IMG/VR virus record: IMGVR_UViG_3300012665_001179
Reading direction: 5' to 3' (one strand)
Length of the DNA stretch: 64,000 bases
DNA from: an uncultured virus (IMG/VR IMGVR_UViG_3300012665_001179)
Lineage: Duplodnaviria > Heunggongvirae > Uroviricota > Caudoviricetes
The position numbers and the translations under genes were made by a program. Positions 37,192 to 46,580 of this stretch are shown here, in pieces (positions within the stretch are counted from its first letter, which is position 1; each line of letters begins with the position of its first letter). The notes under the pieces were generated by a model. It was not told the DNA's origin, ran no database searches, and saw only the letters and a list, made by a program, of their open reading frames with translations.

Positions 37192-37395
37192 TTATTCTCC
37201 AAATAATAAATCTAATTTTGAAATACCACGAGAAGCAAGATACTCTTCCCACAGATAACCTTTTTCCATTGCTTCTAATAACGTATCACCGTTACAAATA
37301 AGCACACATTCCGGATCAGCATGAGCCATAATATACTCACCATAACCGTCATAATATAAATCTTCTACTTTTGACATTAATTTTGCTTTTGACAT
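37192..37395 (-). CDS. hypothetical protein
   Basis: ICNGDTLLEAME.GY; first gene after an early promoter. Confidence 0.6.
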   Translation of the reverse strand: MSKAKLMSKVEDLYYDGYGEYIMAHADPECVLICNGDTLLEAMEKGYLWEEYLASRGISKLDLLFGE

Positions 37396-37409
37396 CTTTA
37401 TTGCTCTCT

Positions 37410-37476
37410 AATCATTCAACAGAACCTATTCTACACCAACCGGCAAATGAGTCAACCATGTTGCCAAAAAACAACA
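37410..37476 (-). promoter_or_regulatory. early promoter cassette
   Basis: TGTTG-N8-CAACA (37459-37476), TTGACT-16-TAGAAT, leader TCTGTTGAATGATT. Confidence 0.75.
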
Positions 37477-37495
37477 GTTCTCATTATCATTTTGA

Positions 37496-37503
37496 TATAA
37501 ATA
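37496..37503 (+). promoter_or_regulatory. T4-type late promoter
   Basis: Exact TATAAATA ahead of the plus-strand island. Confidence 0.7.
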
Positions 37504-37555
37504 CCCATTGCAATGTGGATTGATGTTAATTATGAAATTATAGGAGTTAACAGAA

Positions 37556-37726
37556 ATGAAACATTTAGTATTATTGTCATTTTGTCTATTCATCTTGGGT
37601 TGCGAAAACAACTATCGTTACCCATGCCAAGACCCAGAAAACTGGGAAAAGAAGCAATGTAAAAAACCAATATGTGAAGTCAATCGTGATTGTCCTGAGT
37701 ACATTTTTAAAAAGGAAATGCAATGA
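37556..37726 (+). CDS. small Cys-rich lipoprotein (not in ORF track)
   Basis: MKHLVLLSFCLFILGC-ENNYRYPCQDPENWEKKQCKKPICEVNRDCPE; lipobox ILGC; AGGAG SD. Confidence 0.7.
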   Translation: MKHLVLLSFCLFILGCENNYRYPCQDPENWEKKQCKKPICEVNRDCPEYIFKKEMQ

Positions 37727-38079
37727 AACCACAAAAAGTAAGCAAACCGGGGGAACGTTACACCGAACAGGAATTAATGGTTCGCCTTAAATTCTTTATA
37801 GGCGTATGCCTTGCACTCACACTAATTGGTATTGTATTTGTAGTCTTATATTCTATTATATTCGTAACACAACCTTTAAATGCCATGTCACCAATTGACG
37901 CCAAATTCTTTGAACTTATCATACCTTTGGCAACTTTCTTGACAGGCACATTATCAGGCATTATGTTAGCAGGCACTGGTCGTGAGGCAGCAATGGCAGG
38001 TGCAGAAATGCAACGAGCAGCACATGCCGCTATGAACGAGACACCAGAAGAACCTGAAGAACCTAAACCTAAAAAATAA
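37723..38079 (+). CDS. two-TM membrane protein
   Basis: Two hydrophobic helices; ATGA overlap with lipoprotein. Confidence 0.7.
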   Translation: MKPQKVSKPGERYTEQELMVRLKFFIGVCLALTLIGIVFVVLYSIIFVTQPLNAMSPIDAKFFELIIPLATFLTGTLSGIMLAGTGREAAMAGAEMQRAAHAAMNETPEEPEEPKPKK

Positions 38080-38135
38080 CTGAATTATATTCTACAATGG
38101 TGATTTTATTATGAGATTATTCATAAGAAAGTTAA

Positions 38136-38852
38136 ATGGATCCAATATCAGCATTTGCAGCAGCACAAACAGCCATTGGTTTAATACGCAAAGGCGTGGA
38201 GTTTTACAAGGAATGCAAAAGCACTGGCTCTGATGTTATGGAAATTACCAGTGAGGTCACAGACCACATTGGTAAGTTTATGGCTGCCTCTGATGTAGTT
38301 AAAGAGGCAGCAGAGAAGGCAAAGACTGAAGTGCCTAAGAAAGGTAAATCAGTAAATGCACAGGCACTAGAAAATGTAATGATGGCAAGACAAATATTTC
38401 AAGCAGAGACAGAATTGCGTGAAATGTTAATTTATCAAGCACCTGGTCTTGGTGCAATATGGACTGAATTTGAAAAAGAACGAGCCAGATTAAAAAAGGT
38501 ACAAGAGCAACAAGAAATAGAAGAGAAAGAAGAAAATGAAAGATTAGAGCGTGTTGCTGCAGCAAAGGCCAGAAGGCGTAGAGAAGCTCTAAAGAACTTA
38601 ATAGATGAATCGATAATTGGTGTTGCTGTACTATTGGTGATTGTATTCTACCTTGGCATGTTATATCTGGTTGTAGAGTATAGAAGAGAACATTATCCAG
38701 AATATGGCGATAAGATTATACCTCAACTACAACCAAATTGGAAACAATATGAGATTGATTATATGAAAAAACTACTAGAAGAGAGGGAAGAAAGATTGAG
38801 GCAACTAGAAGAACTCAATCGTCTTCCTTCAGAGACAGTAAATACTCCATAA
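38136..38852 (+). CDS. coiled-coil membrane protein
   Basis: MDPISAFAAAQTA..., ETELREMLIY, one TM near C-terminus. Confidence 0.7.
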   Translation: MDPISAFAAAQTAIGLIRKGVEFYKECKSTGSDVMEITSEVTDHIGKFMAASDVVKEAAEKAKTEVPKKGKSVNAQALENVMMARQIFQAETELREMLIYQAPGLGAIWTEFEKERARLKKVQEQQEIEEKEENERLERVAAAKARRRREALKNLIDESIIGVAVLLVIVFYLGMLYLVVEYRREHYPEYGDKIIPQLQPNWKQYEIDYMKKLLEEREERLRQLEELNRLPSETVNTP

Positions 38853-39030
38853 CCTTTGTCATTGCATCATCTTTATCGCTTGCCAAGACTTTGAACTTGG
38901 CAAGGTGGTCTTTATTTATCGACATATCAAAAGGCACAACGCCATTGAACTGTAGTGGTGCATTCAACTGTATAGTCACAGTAAAATAATCCATGCCTTT
39001 TATATTATCTAATAATTGTTTTATTTCCAT
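38815..39030 (-). CDS. hypothetical protein
   Basis: ORF. Confidence 0.55.
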   Translation of the reverse strand: MEIKQLLDNIKGMDYFTVTIQLNAPLQFNGVVPFDMSINKDHLAKFKVLASDKDDAMTKVMEYLLSLKEDD

Positions 39031-39380
39031 GTGCCATCCGACATCATTCTAAGCAATTGCACATCATCATTAGGTACAAGAAAACACCTTGCATGATATA
39101 CTCTTTCGAATCCTAATTGATTATCCATGTAAGTAAAATCGATAAGTTTATTATCTATCATCTGTTCAGCCAATGCTATGGCCAATTGTCTTTTCAGTAC
39201 ATTAGCATCAGGCATGGCACCTTTTTTAGACACTGTATTAACATCTATAGTTTGCTTAGTATGAACCATTTTACCTTGAATTATGTATTGCTTGGCAACC
39301 CATTCATTCTTATGAGATACATCATGGCCTATATTACCAGCACCACCTGTACCACCTATTGCAAAACTTTGTACAGCCAT
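39021..39380 (-). CDS. hypothetical protein
   Basis: AAGGAG SD. Confidence 0.6.
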   Translation of the reverse strand: MAVQSFAIGGTGGAGNIGHDVSHKNEWVAKQYIIQGKMVHTKQTIDVNTVSKKGAMPDANVLKRQLAIALAEQMIDNKLIDFTYMDNQLGFERVYHARCFLVPNDDVQLLRMMSDGTWK

Positions 39381-39383
39381 AAT

Positions 39384-40001
39384 TTACTCCTTCAAATGTA
39401 ATGCATCAGCATTAGTTTCATTACCTATCACACCAACTGGAAATGTATTGAATGATAGACTGATTCTAGTCTCTTTGCTTACAGTATTATCTACCATATG
39501 CATCAAACTAGATGGAAATATTAGTAAATCTCCTGTACCCACAGACAACCACCATGACGTAGAATTCCAATGATTGAAAGATTCAGGACTCACTAATATC
39601 TGTTTATAATCCTCTTTGAGGAAATATATTCTATCTAATTCAGGATCAGCATTGAAATAAAATACACCTGAAATATAACTATTCGGATGTGTATGCCTAT
39701 GGTGACTTCTACCCGATTCTGTATAATTCAACCATGATTGTGTAATTCGTAAAGACACTTCATCATTGGCACATACAACCTGTTTCAAATAAGTTTTTAT
39801 ACTCTCTTCTATGAATTTTCTTACTCTGCCCATTTCCATATATTCCAAAATGTATTTGTCTTTTGAAATATTATTGAAATTAGATTCTATTACCTTATCA
39901 GCATGTGATTGTATAAATTCTTTTTCTTTCTTAACGAAAGGAGTTTTAAATTTATTTGTTAATACGGGTGTAGGGAATAGAGATTGTATTTGAGCTGTCA
40001 T
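39384..40001 (-). CDS. 2OG-Fe(II) oxygenase (TIGR02466-like)
   Basis: LFPTP, ITQSWLN, HTHPNSYISGVFY, IFPSSLMHMV, RISLSFN. Confidence 0.88.
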   Translation of the reverse strand: MTAQIQSLFPTPVLTNKFKTPFVKKEKEFIQSHADKVIESNFNNISKDKYILEYMEMGRVRKFIEESIKTYLKQVVCANDEVSLRITQSWLNYTESGRSHHRHTHPNSYISGVFYFNADPELDRIYFLKEDYKQILVSPESFNHWNSTSWWLSVGTGDLLIFPSSLMHMVDNTVSKETRISLSFNTFPVGVIGNETNADALHLKE

Positions 40002-40615
40002 TATAAAATTACCTTATGTGGACATAAATCAACAGTAATCGTAATTCTTTCCTCGTGTCCTGTATATCTAGAAACCTCATGCCATACGTGGTTGGGACAA
40101 ATTACCATTCTATTTCTTTTAGTCTCCACACTAATCGTTCTTTCTTCTTGAAAATTAAATAAACCTGAAAAACTAGGATCATGAAGTATTAAACTTCCTC
40201 CATTTTTAGCATTATCCACATCGGTCAGATAAAAGATACCAAAAGCATCGACAGATTGATTATGATTGTGTAATAATTTAAGATCACCATTTCTCATGAA
40301 AGGTAACTTACCAGAATATTCATCGACTCTCTCATCTATAAAATCTCTAGTCAATTCGTTACTATCATAAGAACTGGCTAATTCATAAAAACAATCAACA
40401 AACATCTCCCTCAATTCTATCAATTCGGGAAATTGAATTAAGTTTTCTTTCTTAAAAAGATTTATACTATTATCACCAGTCAAAGAATAATCTTCTTTTT
40501 CCGATTGAACTGATTTAAATATAGACCTAACTATAAATTCTAAATTTTGTGACCATTCTTCACTCTTATCATAATCTTTAATTAGAATTCTAGTAGGGAA
40601 AATTGTTTTAATCAT
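40001..40615 (-). CDS. 2OG-Fe(II) oxygenase-like protein
   Basis: IFPT, HNH, GIFYL, GGSLILHDP, PNHVWHEV, RITI. Confidence 0.75.
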   Translation of the reverse strand: MIKTIFPTRILIKDYDKSEEWSQNLEFIVRSIFKSVQSEKEDYSLTGDNSINLFKKENLIQFPELIELREMFVDCFYELASSYDSNELTRDFIDERVDEYSGKLPFMRNGDLKLLHNHNQSVDAFGIFYLTDVDNAKNGGSLILHDPSFSGLFNFQEERTISVETKRNRMVICPNHVWHEVSRYTGHEERITITVDLCPHKVIL

Positions 40616-40854
40616 GAAACTCTATCTCGAAGTTTTATACCCACCCATGTACCAGTGAAGGCACCTAAACAAGCAGGAATTAATAACCAATGATTGGCAG
40701 TGTATTCAATGACAGCAAAACTGGCAACCAACCACATAGCAGCACCCCAAAAACTGGCTTTCAAAGCACTACTTTCAGTTACAGATTTTAAATAATATAC
40801 GTAAAATATATCAACAAAAAATATGGCAATGAAAGTAAAAATATAATCAAACAT
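40612..40854 (-). CDS. small three-TM membrane protein
   Basis: Hydrophobic; GAFTGTWVG. Confidence 0.6.
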   Translation of the reverse strand: MFDYIFTFIAIFFVDIFYVYYLKSVTESSALKASFWGAAMWLVASFAVIEYTANHWLLIPACLGAFTGTWVGIKLRDRVS

Positions 40855-40868
40855 AACAACTCCAATAA

Positions 40869-40942
40869 TGGTGCCCTTTGACAGAATTGAACTGCCAATT
40901 GATGATTACAAATCAACCGTTATACCATTTAACTAAAAGGGC
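40869..40942 (-). tRNA. tRNA-Thr(UGU)
   Basis: GCCCTTT/AAAGGGC-ACCA, loop TT-TGT-AA, GTTCAATT. Confidence 0.93.
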
Positions 40943-41664
40943 TATAAACTATTACTCAATATCTTATCAGCAACAACTTCTACCACGTGTCGATTCTTAT
41001 AACCTAAGAACACAACAGTATATTCATTACCATCCTTCTTAACAAACATTACAAGACATTTGCCGGCAGGACTTGTTGTGCCTGTTTTGGATACTTCTAT
41101 CGTATCAAATTTCTGTAATAATGCCTTATTGGTATTATTAATTTGCGCCTTCTTTATATTATACACACTTGTTGATGTAATTTTTCTTATTATATCATAA
41201 GTGTATGCATGAAACAATAGGATAGACAAATCTTTTGCCGTACTAACGTTATATTCACCTATACCTGAAGGGTCAACAAAATTTGTTTCTCTCATATTTA
41301 AAACTTTGGCAATGATATTCATTTCTGATATGAATTTATCTCTACCACCAATATGATTCTTTGCCAATATTTCCGCCGCCTTGTTATTACTCTTCACTAA
41401 CATCAAGGTCAATAACTCTTCCCTTGTTGCCTTCTTACGGAAGAACGGTATGCCACCAACAATTAACTTTTCATCTAGTGGCGCACCGCTCTGTATCACC
41501 GTAATTGCCGTCATTAATTTAGTTACACTGGCAATTGGCCTCACAAATGTTGCATTCTCTTCTATTACTACTCTATCTTTCGTTATATTGTAAACGTATG
41601 TTGTCTCCGCAAAAGATAATTCACTAACTGCCAATAATATAATAAGGGTTAAAGCTCTTATCAT
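40942..41664 (-). CDS. peptidase S11 D-Ala-D-Ala endo/carboxypeptidase (PBP7-like), exported
   Basis: Signal peptide; RPIASVTKLMTA (SxxK), KSNN (SxN), SKTG. Confidence 0.88.
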   Translation of the reverse strand: MIRALTLIILLAVSELSFAETTYVYNITKDRVVIEENATFVRPIASVTKLMTAITVIQSGAPLDEKLIVGGIPFFRKKATREELLTLMLVKSNNKAAEILAKNHIGGRDKFISEMNIIAKVLNMRETNFVDPSGIGEYNVSTAKDLSILLFHAYTYDIIRKITSTSVYNIKKAQINNTNKALLQKFDTIEVSKTGTTSPAGKCLVMFVKKDGNEYTVVFLGYKNRHVVEVVADKILSNSL

Positions 41665-41687
41665 ATTACTCCTATTTTACTACAGTA

Positions 41688-41951
41688 CTATGTTTCCTGT
41701 AATTTTACTTGATTAAATCGTTTCTCTTGTATGGTTATTTCACCATCCGCCTTTCGAGGATTCATACACATGTAGCAATGAGGTTCACCACAATTCAGAA
41801 TATGTTTCTTGTGATTCCTATGTGGTTGATCGATATATTTCCACTTACTATCTGCATGATACGCTTTTGCTATATTCACCTGCTTTTTTATTTTTGTTTC
41901 AGTGTCATGAATACGTTTTGAATGTTTCAACTTATGATCTTCATGTGACAT
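41688..41951 (-). CDS. conserved phage hypothetical protein
   Basis: CGEPHCYMCMNPRK. Confidence 0.6.
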   Translation of the reverse strand: MSHEDHKLKHSKRIHDTETKIKKQVNIAKAYHADSKWKYIDQPHRNHKKHILNCGEPHCYMCMNPRKADGEITIQEKRFNQVKLQET

Positions 41952-41965
41952 AGCATCTCCTTTGG

Positions 41966-42529
41966 TTATCTGAGGAGCATTGGCTGCTCCTTATCTACAG
42001 CATGGTACAACAAATCAATCGTTTTTGCAAAATCTCCTTGATGAAAAATAGCAATACCACCGGCAACAACCCACTCTTGAACGTTTGATGGTTTATCATC
42101 GATCAAGATATCACCAGCAGTTTTAAACCACTTTTGTTTATCTCTCGAAAAGGGGCCAAAATTAATAGGCACACCAGGAAAATGCCTATCTAACCAAGCA
42201 GTTTTATCTGCTCTTGCTGTTGGCATTGTACTTTCACGTGGCAGTGCAGTTAAAAACTCCACATCAAAACGAGTAGAGAATGAAAGTGCAGCTGCAACTA
42301 ACATTTCTGAATCCTCGATCATATCTAATTGATCGTAGAAATTAGGTATTGCTGCGACTTGTGCCCATTCTGCTGATGTTAAATCAGAGACGCCCCAACC
42401 AATTTTACGGCCGAGCAGATTCGATACGAACTTATCAAAATCCGCAACCACACCATCCATGTCAATATAAATCTTTTTCACATCATCTCCAATCATCATC
42501 AACTGATTGCCAGTGGTCGCCACCAACAA
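41966..42529 (-). CDS. HAD 5'(3')-deoxyribonucleotidase
   Basis: IYIDMDGVVADF, FLTA, ILIDDK; start likely internal. Confidence 0.85.
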   Translation of the reverse strand: MLVATTGNQLMMIGDDVKKIYIDMDGVVADFDKFVSNLLGRKIGWGVSDLTSAEWAQVAAIPNFYDQLDMIEDSEMLVAAALSFSTRFDVEFLTALPRESTMPTARADKTAWLDRHFPGVPINFGPFSRDKQKWFKTAGDILIDDKPSNVQEWVVAGGIAIFHQGDFAKTIDLLYHAVDKEQPMLLR

Positions 42530-42833
42530 TAAAATCTTTCTCTGTATTTACGAATATTCTATCAAAGTCTGGTATTTGTATATCATAATCTTCTGAAGTT
42601 AATGATTCTACTTCTGCACCTTGACGTAATAATACCGCATTCTTAGTAAACCTTTTTGTCTGAGCAATTGCCTCAGGTGTCAAGTGATGTTCTTTCATTT
42701 TTTGACTACGAACTTTTTTGTCCTCGTCACTATGAACTCTCACGTTACCGCAAGAGGCAGAACAATATTGTCCACGTTTCCGATGTAATGTACCGCAACG
42801 TGGACACTCTTTTTCTCTATAAACACCAGCCAA
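42483..42833 (-). CDS. zinc-finger protein
   Basis: CPRCG..HRKRG.YCSASCGN; promoter TTGACT-16-TATAAT at 42853-42880. Confidence 0.6.
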   Translation of the reverse strand: MAGVYREKECPRCGTLHRKRGQYCSASCGNVRVHSDEDKKVRSQKMKEHHLTPEAIAQTKRFTKNAVLLRQGAEVESLTSEDYDIQIPDFDRIFVNTEKDFIVGGDHWQSVDDDWR

Positions 42834-42900
42834 TTACTGACTCCAGATAATAATTATAACATAGACAAGGAATAAGTCAACCTTGTCATTCTGTTAATAT

Positions 42901-43122
42901 TTATTGCAACTCTGATAACACTCTGGAAGGGTCTAAGGATGTGATAAAATTGATTTGATTACAGGCCTCAGTCTCACCATCACAATAACGAACCACAGTC
43001 TGTCCTGTATAACTGGATACGAAAGTGAGTAGTACGTAATGGTCTTCAAGAACTGAAAACTTTACGTACCACCCATTTCTTTTAACAGTATCCCATGATT
43101 TGAGATTACTTCTTGTTTCCAT
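42901..43122 (-). CDS. hypothetical protein
   Basis: Start set at METRSN. Confidence 0.5.
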   Translation of the reverse strand: METRSNLKSWDTVKRNGWYVKFSVLEDHYVLLTFVSSYTGQTVVRYCDGETEACNQINFITSLDPSRVLSELQ

Positions 43123-43354
43123 GAATTTCCGGCATTTTAAAGTCAATTGCTTCTTTCGCATTATTTCCTAACTCCACTACAAATTTTTCTGCTTGTTTTG
43201 TATATGTAGTAAAATAGGAATATGTAAAAGTATCAAGTGCTTTTGTATAACTCTTGTAGCCTTCGACTTTAAGGTCTACGAAAGCTTTGAGAAAATCCTT
43301 TTGGCGATCAACTAATTGGTCAAAGGTTGGTACAGCTGGTGTGAATGAATACAT
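43106..43354 (-). CDS. small amphipathic helical protein, possibly phasin-like
   Basis: AAGGAG SD; upstream TGTTGCAATGCAATA palindrome. Confidence 0.4.
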   Translation of the reverse strand: MYSFTPAVPTFDQLVDRQKDFLKAFVDLKVEGYKSYTKALDTFTYSYFTTYTKQAEKFVVELGNNAKEAIDFKMPEIHGNKK

Positions 43355-43410
43355 AACAGTCTCCTTAAAATATATAATCTATTTAGTATATTTTATATTG
43401 CATTGCAACA

Positions 43411-43830
43411 TTAGTCAAGATTAAATGCATCTTTGAGACTCAAATTTGCCTTACGTATCTTACACGAAACCCATTGATTATAGTATGATGGATTTAGAAG
43501 TGCATGGCGACTGAATATCTCCCATGTTTCCCAATAGGCACATTCTGATCTGGTCTTGCATAGGTGTAATATTTCTCTCACATACTCATCTTCTTTGCCT
43601 TTAACTTCTTCAGCCAATTCAGCATTAGAACCATAATAGTCCAACCAATCAGATTGTACTCTGATCTTTTTCTTCTTACCTTTTACTTGTTTTGTTTTAG
43701 ATTTGGTGAAGAACTTCTTACCAATGTATCTACGACCAGTGGATGAATGAGTTATTAAGTAAACGAATCCAAAATAACCTTCAGCATCCTCTGGTGTAAA
43801 CTCTTGAGCTGTATTATGAAAATACCACAT
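43411..43830 (-). CDS. GIY-YIG nuclease-domain protein
   Basis: GFVYLIT...RRYIGKK, W.DYYGS, REILHLC, YYN. Confidence 0.8.
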   Translation of the reverse strand: MWYFHNTAQEFTPEDAEGYFGFVYLITHSSTGRRYIGKKFFTKSKTKQVKGKKKKIRVQSDWLDYYGSNAELAEEVKGKEDEYVREILHLCKTRSECAYWETWEIFSRHALLNPSYYNQWVSCKIRKANLSLKDAFNLD

Positions 43831-44576
43831 TACCAGCTCTTCGATTTCTCGATAGCTGTATCTTTTAATGTAGGGTTAAAATTAATACCACTAGCCATTT
43901 CAACTTCAGCAATCGTCACTCGATACTTAGGTAAATCTTGTACTGGCAGGTTACTATTAGGGAAAATATAGGCACTGGCCTTGTTATTCTTCACATCAAT
44001 AATAACTTTATACAATTTAGTAGGCACACCAACTTTATTGGCACCAATAGTTTTGTAATCTTTATCATAGATTGGACCGGACGCTACGTAAAGGTCACCG
44101 GTGTTTAGAACGTAGTCTCGAACTTTAGTCTCCAACTGTTTCCAAATCCCCCTATTGTTATTTTGATTTTGTGGAACCATATTGGATAGAAAAAACGACT
44201 CACTCATCACAGCAGCTGACTTAGTATTGTCGCCAGCTGGTGATAAGTGTCCTCTGTCATATGGATGTCCTGCATAATCGGAAAGTAAACTTTGATATTG
44301 TTTTGGTATTGCTGGGTCTGGTCTAAAATCATCTTTACGTTTTGCAGTACCCGTAATAGATTCTTTGGTTACATATTCTAAAACATAAGAGGCTGTTTTA
44401 GTTTGGTTATTGTACTGTAGTGCATAGTTTAGTTTACACAGATATTGTACATCAGATTCCAATAATGAACTAATTGGCGCACCATAAGGTGCAAATTGTG
44501 GACAATTATCATCAATCGGATTTGCAAAGGCATTAACACATAGTAATAGAGCAGCAATTGTTATTTTTATTTTCAT
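43830..44576 (-). CDS. exported DNA/RNA non-specific endonuclease (NucA/Serratia family)
   Basis: Signal peptide; YDRGHL.PAGD, SFFLSNMVPQ, NNRGIWKQLE. Confidence 0.92.
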   Translation of the reverse strand: MKIKITIAALLLCVNAFANPIDDNCPQFAPYGAPISSLLESDVQYLCKLNYALQYNNQTKTASYVLEYVTKESITGTAKRKDDFRPDPAIPKQYQSLLSDYAGHPYDRGHLSPAGDNTKSAAVMSESFFLSNMVPQNQNNNRGIWKQLETKVRDYVLNTGDLYVASGPIYDKDYKTIGANKVGVPTKLYKVIIDVKNNKASAYIFPNSNLPVQDLPKYRVTIAEVEMASGINFNPTLKDTAIEKSKSW

Positions 44577-45034
44577 ACTGAGTCCTTACATAAGAGGTTA
44601 TATACATCGTTTCTTGCGGTATTTTTAGTCAATACTTCTACTAGATATGTGCCAGGTTCAAATGCATTATAAAATATAATTACACCATTTTTATCAGTGT
44701 AAAATTCTCCAGATAAAGATACAATTGCATTATCACACATTAGCACACCATTAGTGTATATTCTTGCTGTAATGCCTTCTATTCCAGCAAAGGTCTTTGG
44801 TGGTTTTAGAATAGTTACAGAATGTAGTAAATATATGGATTTTTTCTCTTTTGTGAGAGATTTATCTATAAGTAAATCGAATCCTGCGGTATCGGATACT
44901 AGTAGCCAGTCTTCTGGATTATGAATGATGGTTTGCGTACCATCTTTATTTCTAAGAAAATCTAATTCGAAATCTCCGGCCATAGTAGGCAGAGATAGTA
45001 ATGCGGTTAAAAGAACAGTGAATAGGTGTTTCAT
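44573..45034 (-). CDS. exported hypothetical protein
   Basis: Signal peptide; GGAGG SD. Confidence 0.6.
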   Translation of the reverse strand: MKHLFTVLLTALLSLPTMAGDFELDFLRNKDGTQTIIHNPEDWLLVSDTAGFDLLIDKSLTKEKKSIYLLHSVTILKPPKTFAGIEGITARIYTNGVLMCDNAIVSLSGEFYTDKNGVIIFYNAFEPGTYLVEVLTKNTARNDVYNLLCKDSV

Positions 45035-45056
45035 GTGCCACCTCCAAAAAACCTAT

Positions 45057-45770
45057 TTAGTTCCAATATTTCGAATAATCTTTTTTATTCCAATACTCTG
45101 CATTATTACGATTTAAGAAGTTTTCAATCAAATACAATGCCATACCAAAGTATCCCATTCTCTGAAATCTTCTACTATCTTGGCCTAGGTAATGATTAAC
45201 TATTTTAAACTTCTTGACATCATACATCTTAGATAAGAAAAAATCTTCACTTGTACCGAACTTGGCTGGAAATCCTCCAAACTCTTCAAATTTTGATCTT
45301 TTAGTCAACATGTATGCACCAACAGCAAATGGTACCCAATACTTCATTACATTGTTTATTGCATTGAATAACATGAATCCTATCTTTGCTCTGATATCTT
45401 CATCATAACACTTTAGATTTAAACCAATCAAATCTAGATCATGATCTTCTAATTCTTTGATCGTGTCAGCAATAACTGTATTGGAGAAGAATCTTACATC
45501 ACTGTCAATGAATAGTATGTATGGTGTCTTGACAAGTTTTGCACCATTGTTCTTTGCAATACTAACCGGACCACCATCGATGATTTCTATGTTTAATTTG
45601 CCTCGATAAGCTTCGATAACTCCACGAGTATCATCAGTGGATGCATCGGCAATTATAATTCTAGTGTCGCCAATATTTTGGTTTCTCAGATTATCCAACA
45701 AATGATGAATGTATTCTTCTTCATTTTTGCAGGGAATAACAATCGTAATTTTATCACTGATCTTCTTCAT
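45057..45770 (-). CDS. GT2 glycosyltransferase
   Basis: TIVIPCKNEE, IIIADASTD, LFIDSD, GGF, SED, SRR. Confidence 0.88.
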   Translation of the reverse strand: MKKISDKITIVIPCKNEEEYIHHLLDNLRNQNIGDTRIIIADASTDDTRGVIEAYRGKLNIEIIDGGPVSIAKNNGAKLVKTPYILFIDSDVRFFSNTVIADTIKELEDHDLDLIGLNLKCYDEDIRAKIGFMLFNAINNVMKYWVPFAVGAYMLTKRSKFEEFGGFPAKFGTSEDFFLSKMYDVKKFKIVNHYLGQDSRRFQRMGYFGMALYLIENFLNRNNAEYWNKKDYSKYWN

Positions 45771-46524
45771 TTTTGTCTTTTTCCTGTGTCCAAGTTACTA
45801 TCTGCCATGTTCCGTCATGATGTTCTACTAGTGCTGTACAACTTTCAACCCAATCTCCATCATTCATATAAACTACACCATCTATTTCTTTAATCTCTGC
45901 ATGATGTATATGACCACATATCACACCATCAAAGCCACGCTTGCTACAATAGCCAGCAAGGTTACGCTCAAACTGAAACATAAAATCAATGGCTCTTTTG
46001 ACTTTATGCTTGAGATACTTAGATAAACTCCAATAACCAAAACCCATCCTATGACGTAACCAATTATACTTGCTGTTAATACTGAGAACAAAGTCATATG
46101 CTTTATCTCCTAGAAAACTAAGCCAAGGTGCTAATCGTGTTATACCATCAAATAGATCACCATGCACTACTAGGTAATGTTTGCCATCAGCACCAATATG
46201 TTCAATTTGATTAACAACTTCAATCAAACCAAAACCAATACCATACGGAATAAGTGGACGTAAAAATTCATCATGATTGCCTGCAACGTAAACTACTCTA
46301 GTTCCACGTTTAGCATGACCCATAATTCTACGCACCACATTGGTGTGACTTTGCTTCCAACGCCACTTGTTTTGTTGAATTTTCCATGCATCTATTATAT
46401 CTCCTACAAGATATAGAGTTTCGCATGTATTATGTTTGAGAAAATTATTTAATTGTTCAGCTTTGCAGTCTTTAGTGCCGAGATGAATATCACTTATAAA
46501 AATAGAGCGATAAGTTTTTTGCAT
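45754..46524 (-). CDS. metallophosphoesterase, PlcP/LpxH-like
   Basis: FISDIHLG, LVGDIIDAW, GNHDEFLR, HGDLFD, YWSLS, ICGHIHH, NDGDWVESCTALVEH. Confidence 0.85.
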   Translation of the reverse strand: MQKTYRSIFISDIHLGTKDCKAEQLNNFLKHNTCETLYLVGDIIDAWKIQQNKWRWKQSHTNVVRRIMGHAKRGTRVVYVAGNHDEFLRPLIPYGIGFGLIEVVNQIEHIGADGKHYLVVHGDLFDGITRLAPWLSFLGDKAYDFVLSINSKYNWLRHRMGFGYWSLSKYLKHKVKRAIDFMFQFERNLAGYCSKRGFDGVICGHIHHAEIKEIDGVVYMNDGDWVESCTALVEHHDGTWQIVTWTQEKDKNEEDQ

Positions 46525-46580
46525 TGAAGTATCCGGTTACGGATCCGGAGTCATCATATTATTATGACCGATTTTTTAGA

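Noticed and set aside
43411..43830. Mobile homing endonuclease
   Set aside because: Short GIY-YIG-only protein with no DNA-binding tail or intron context
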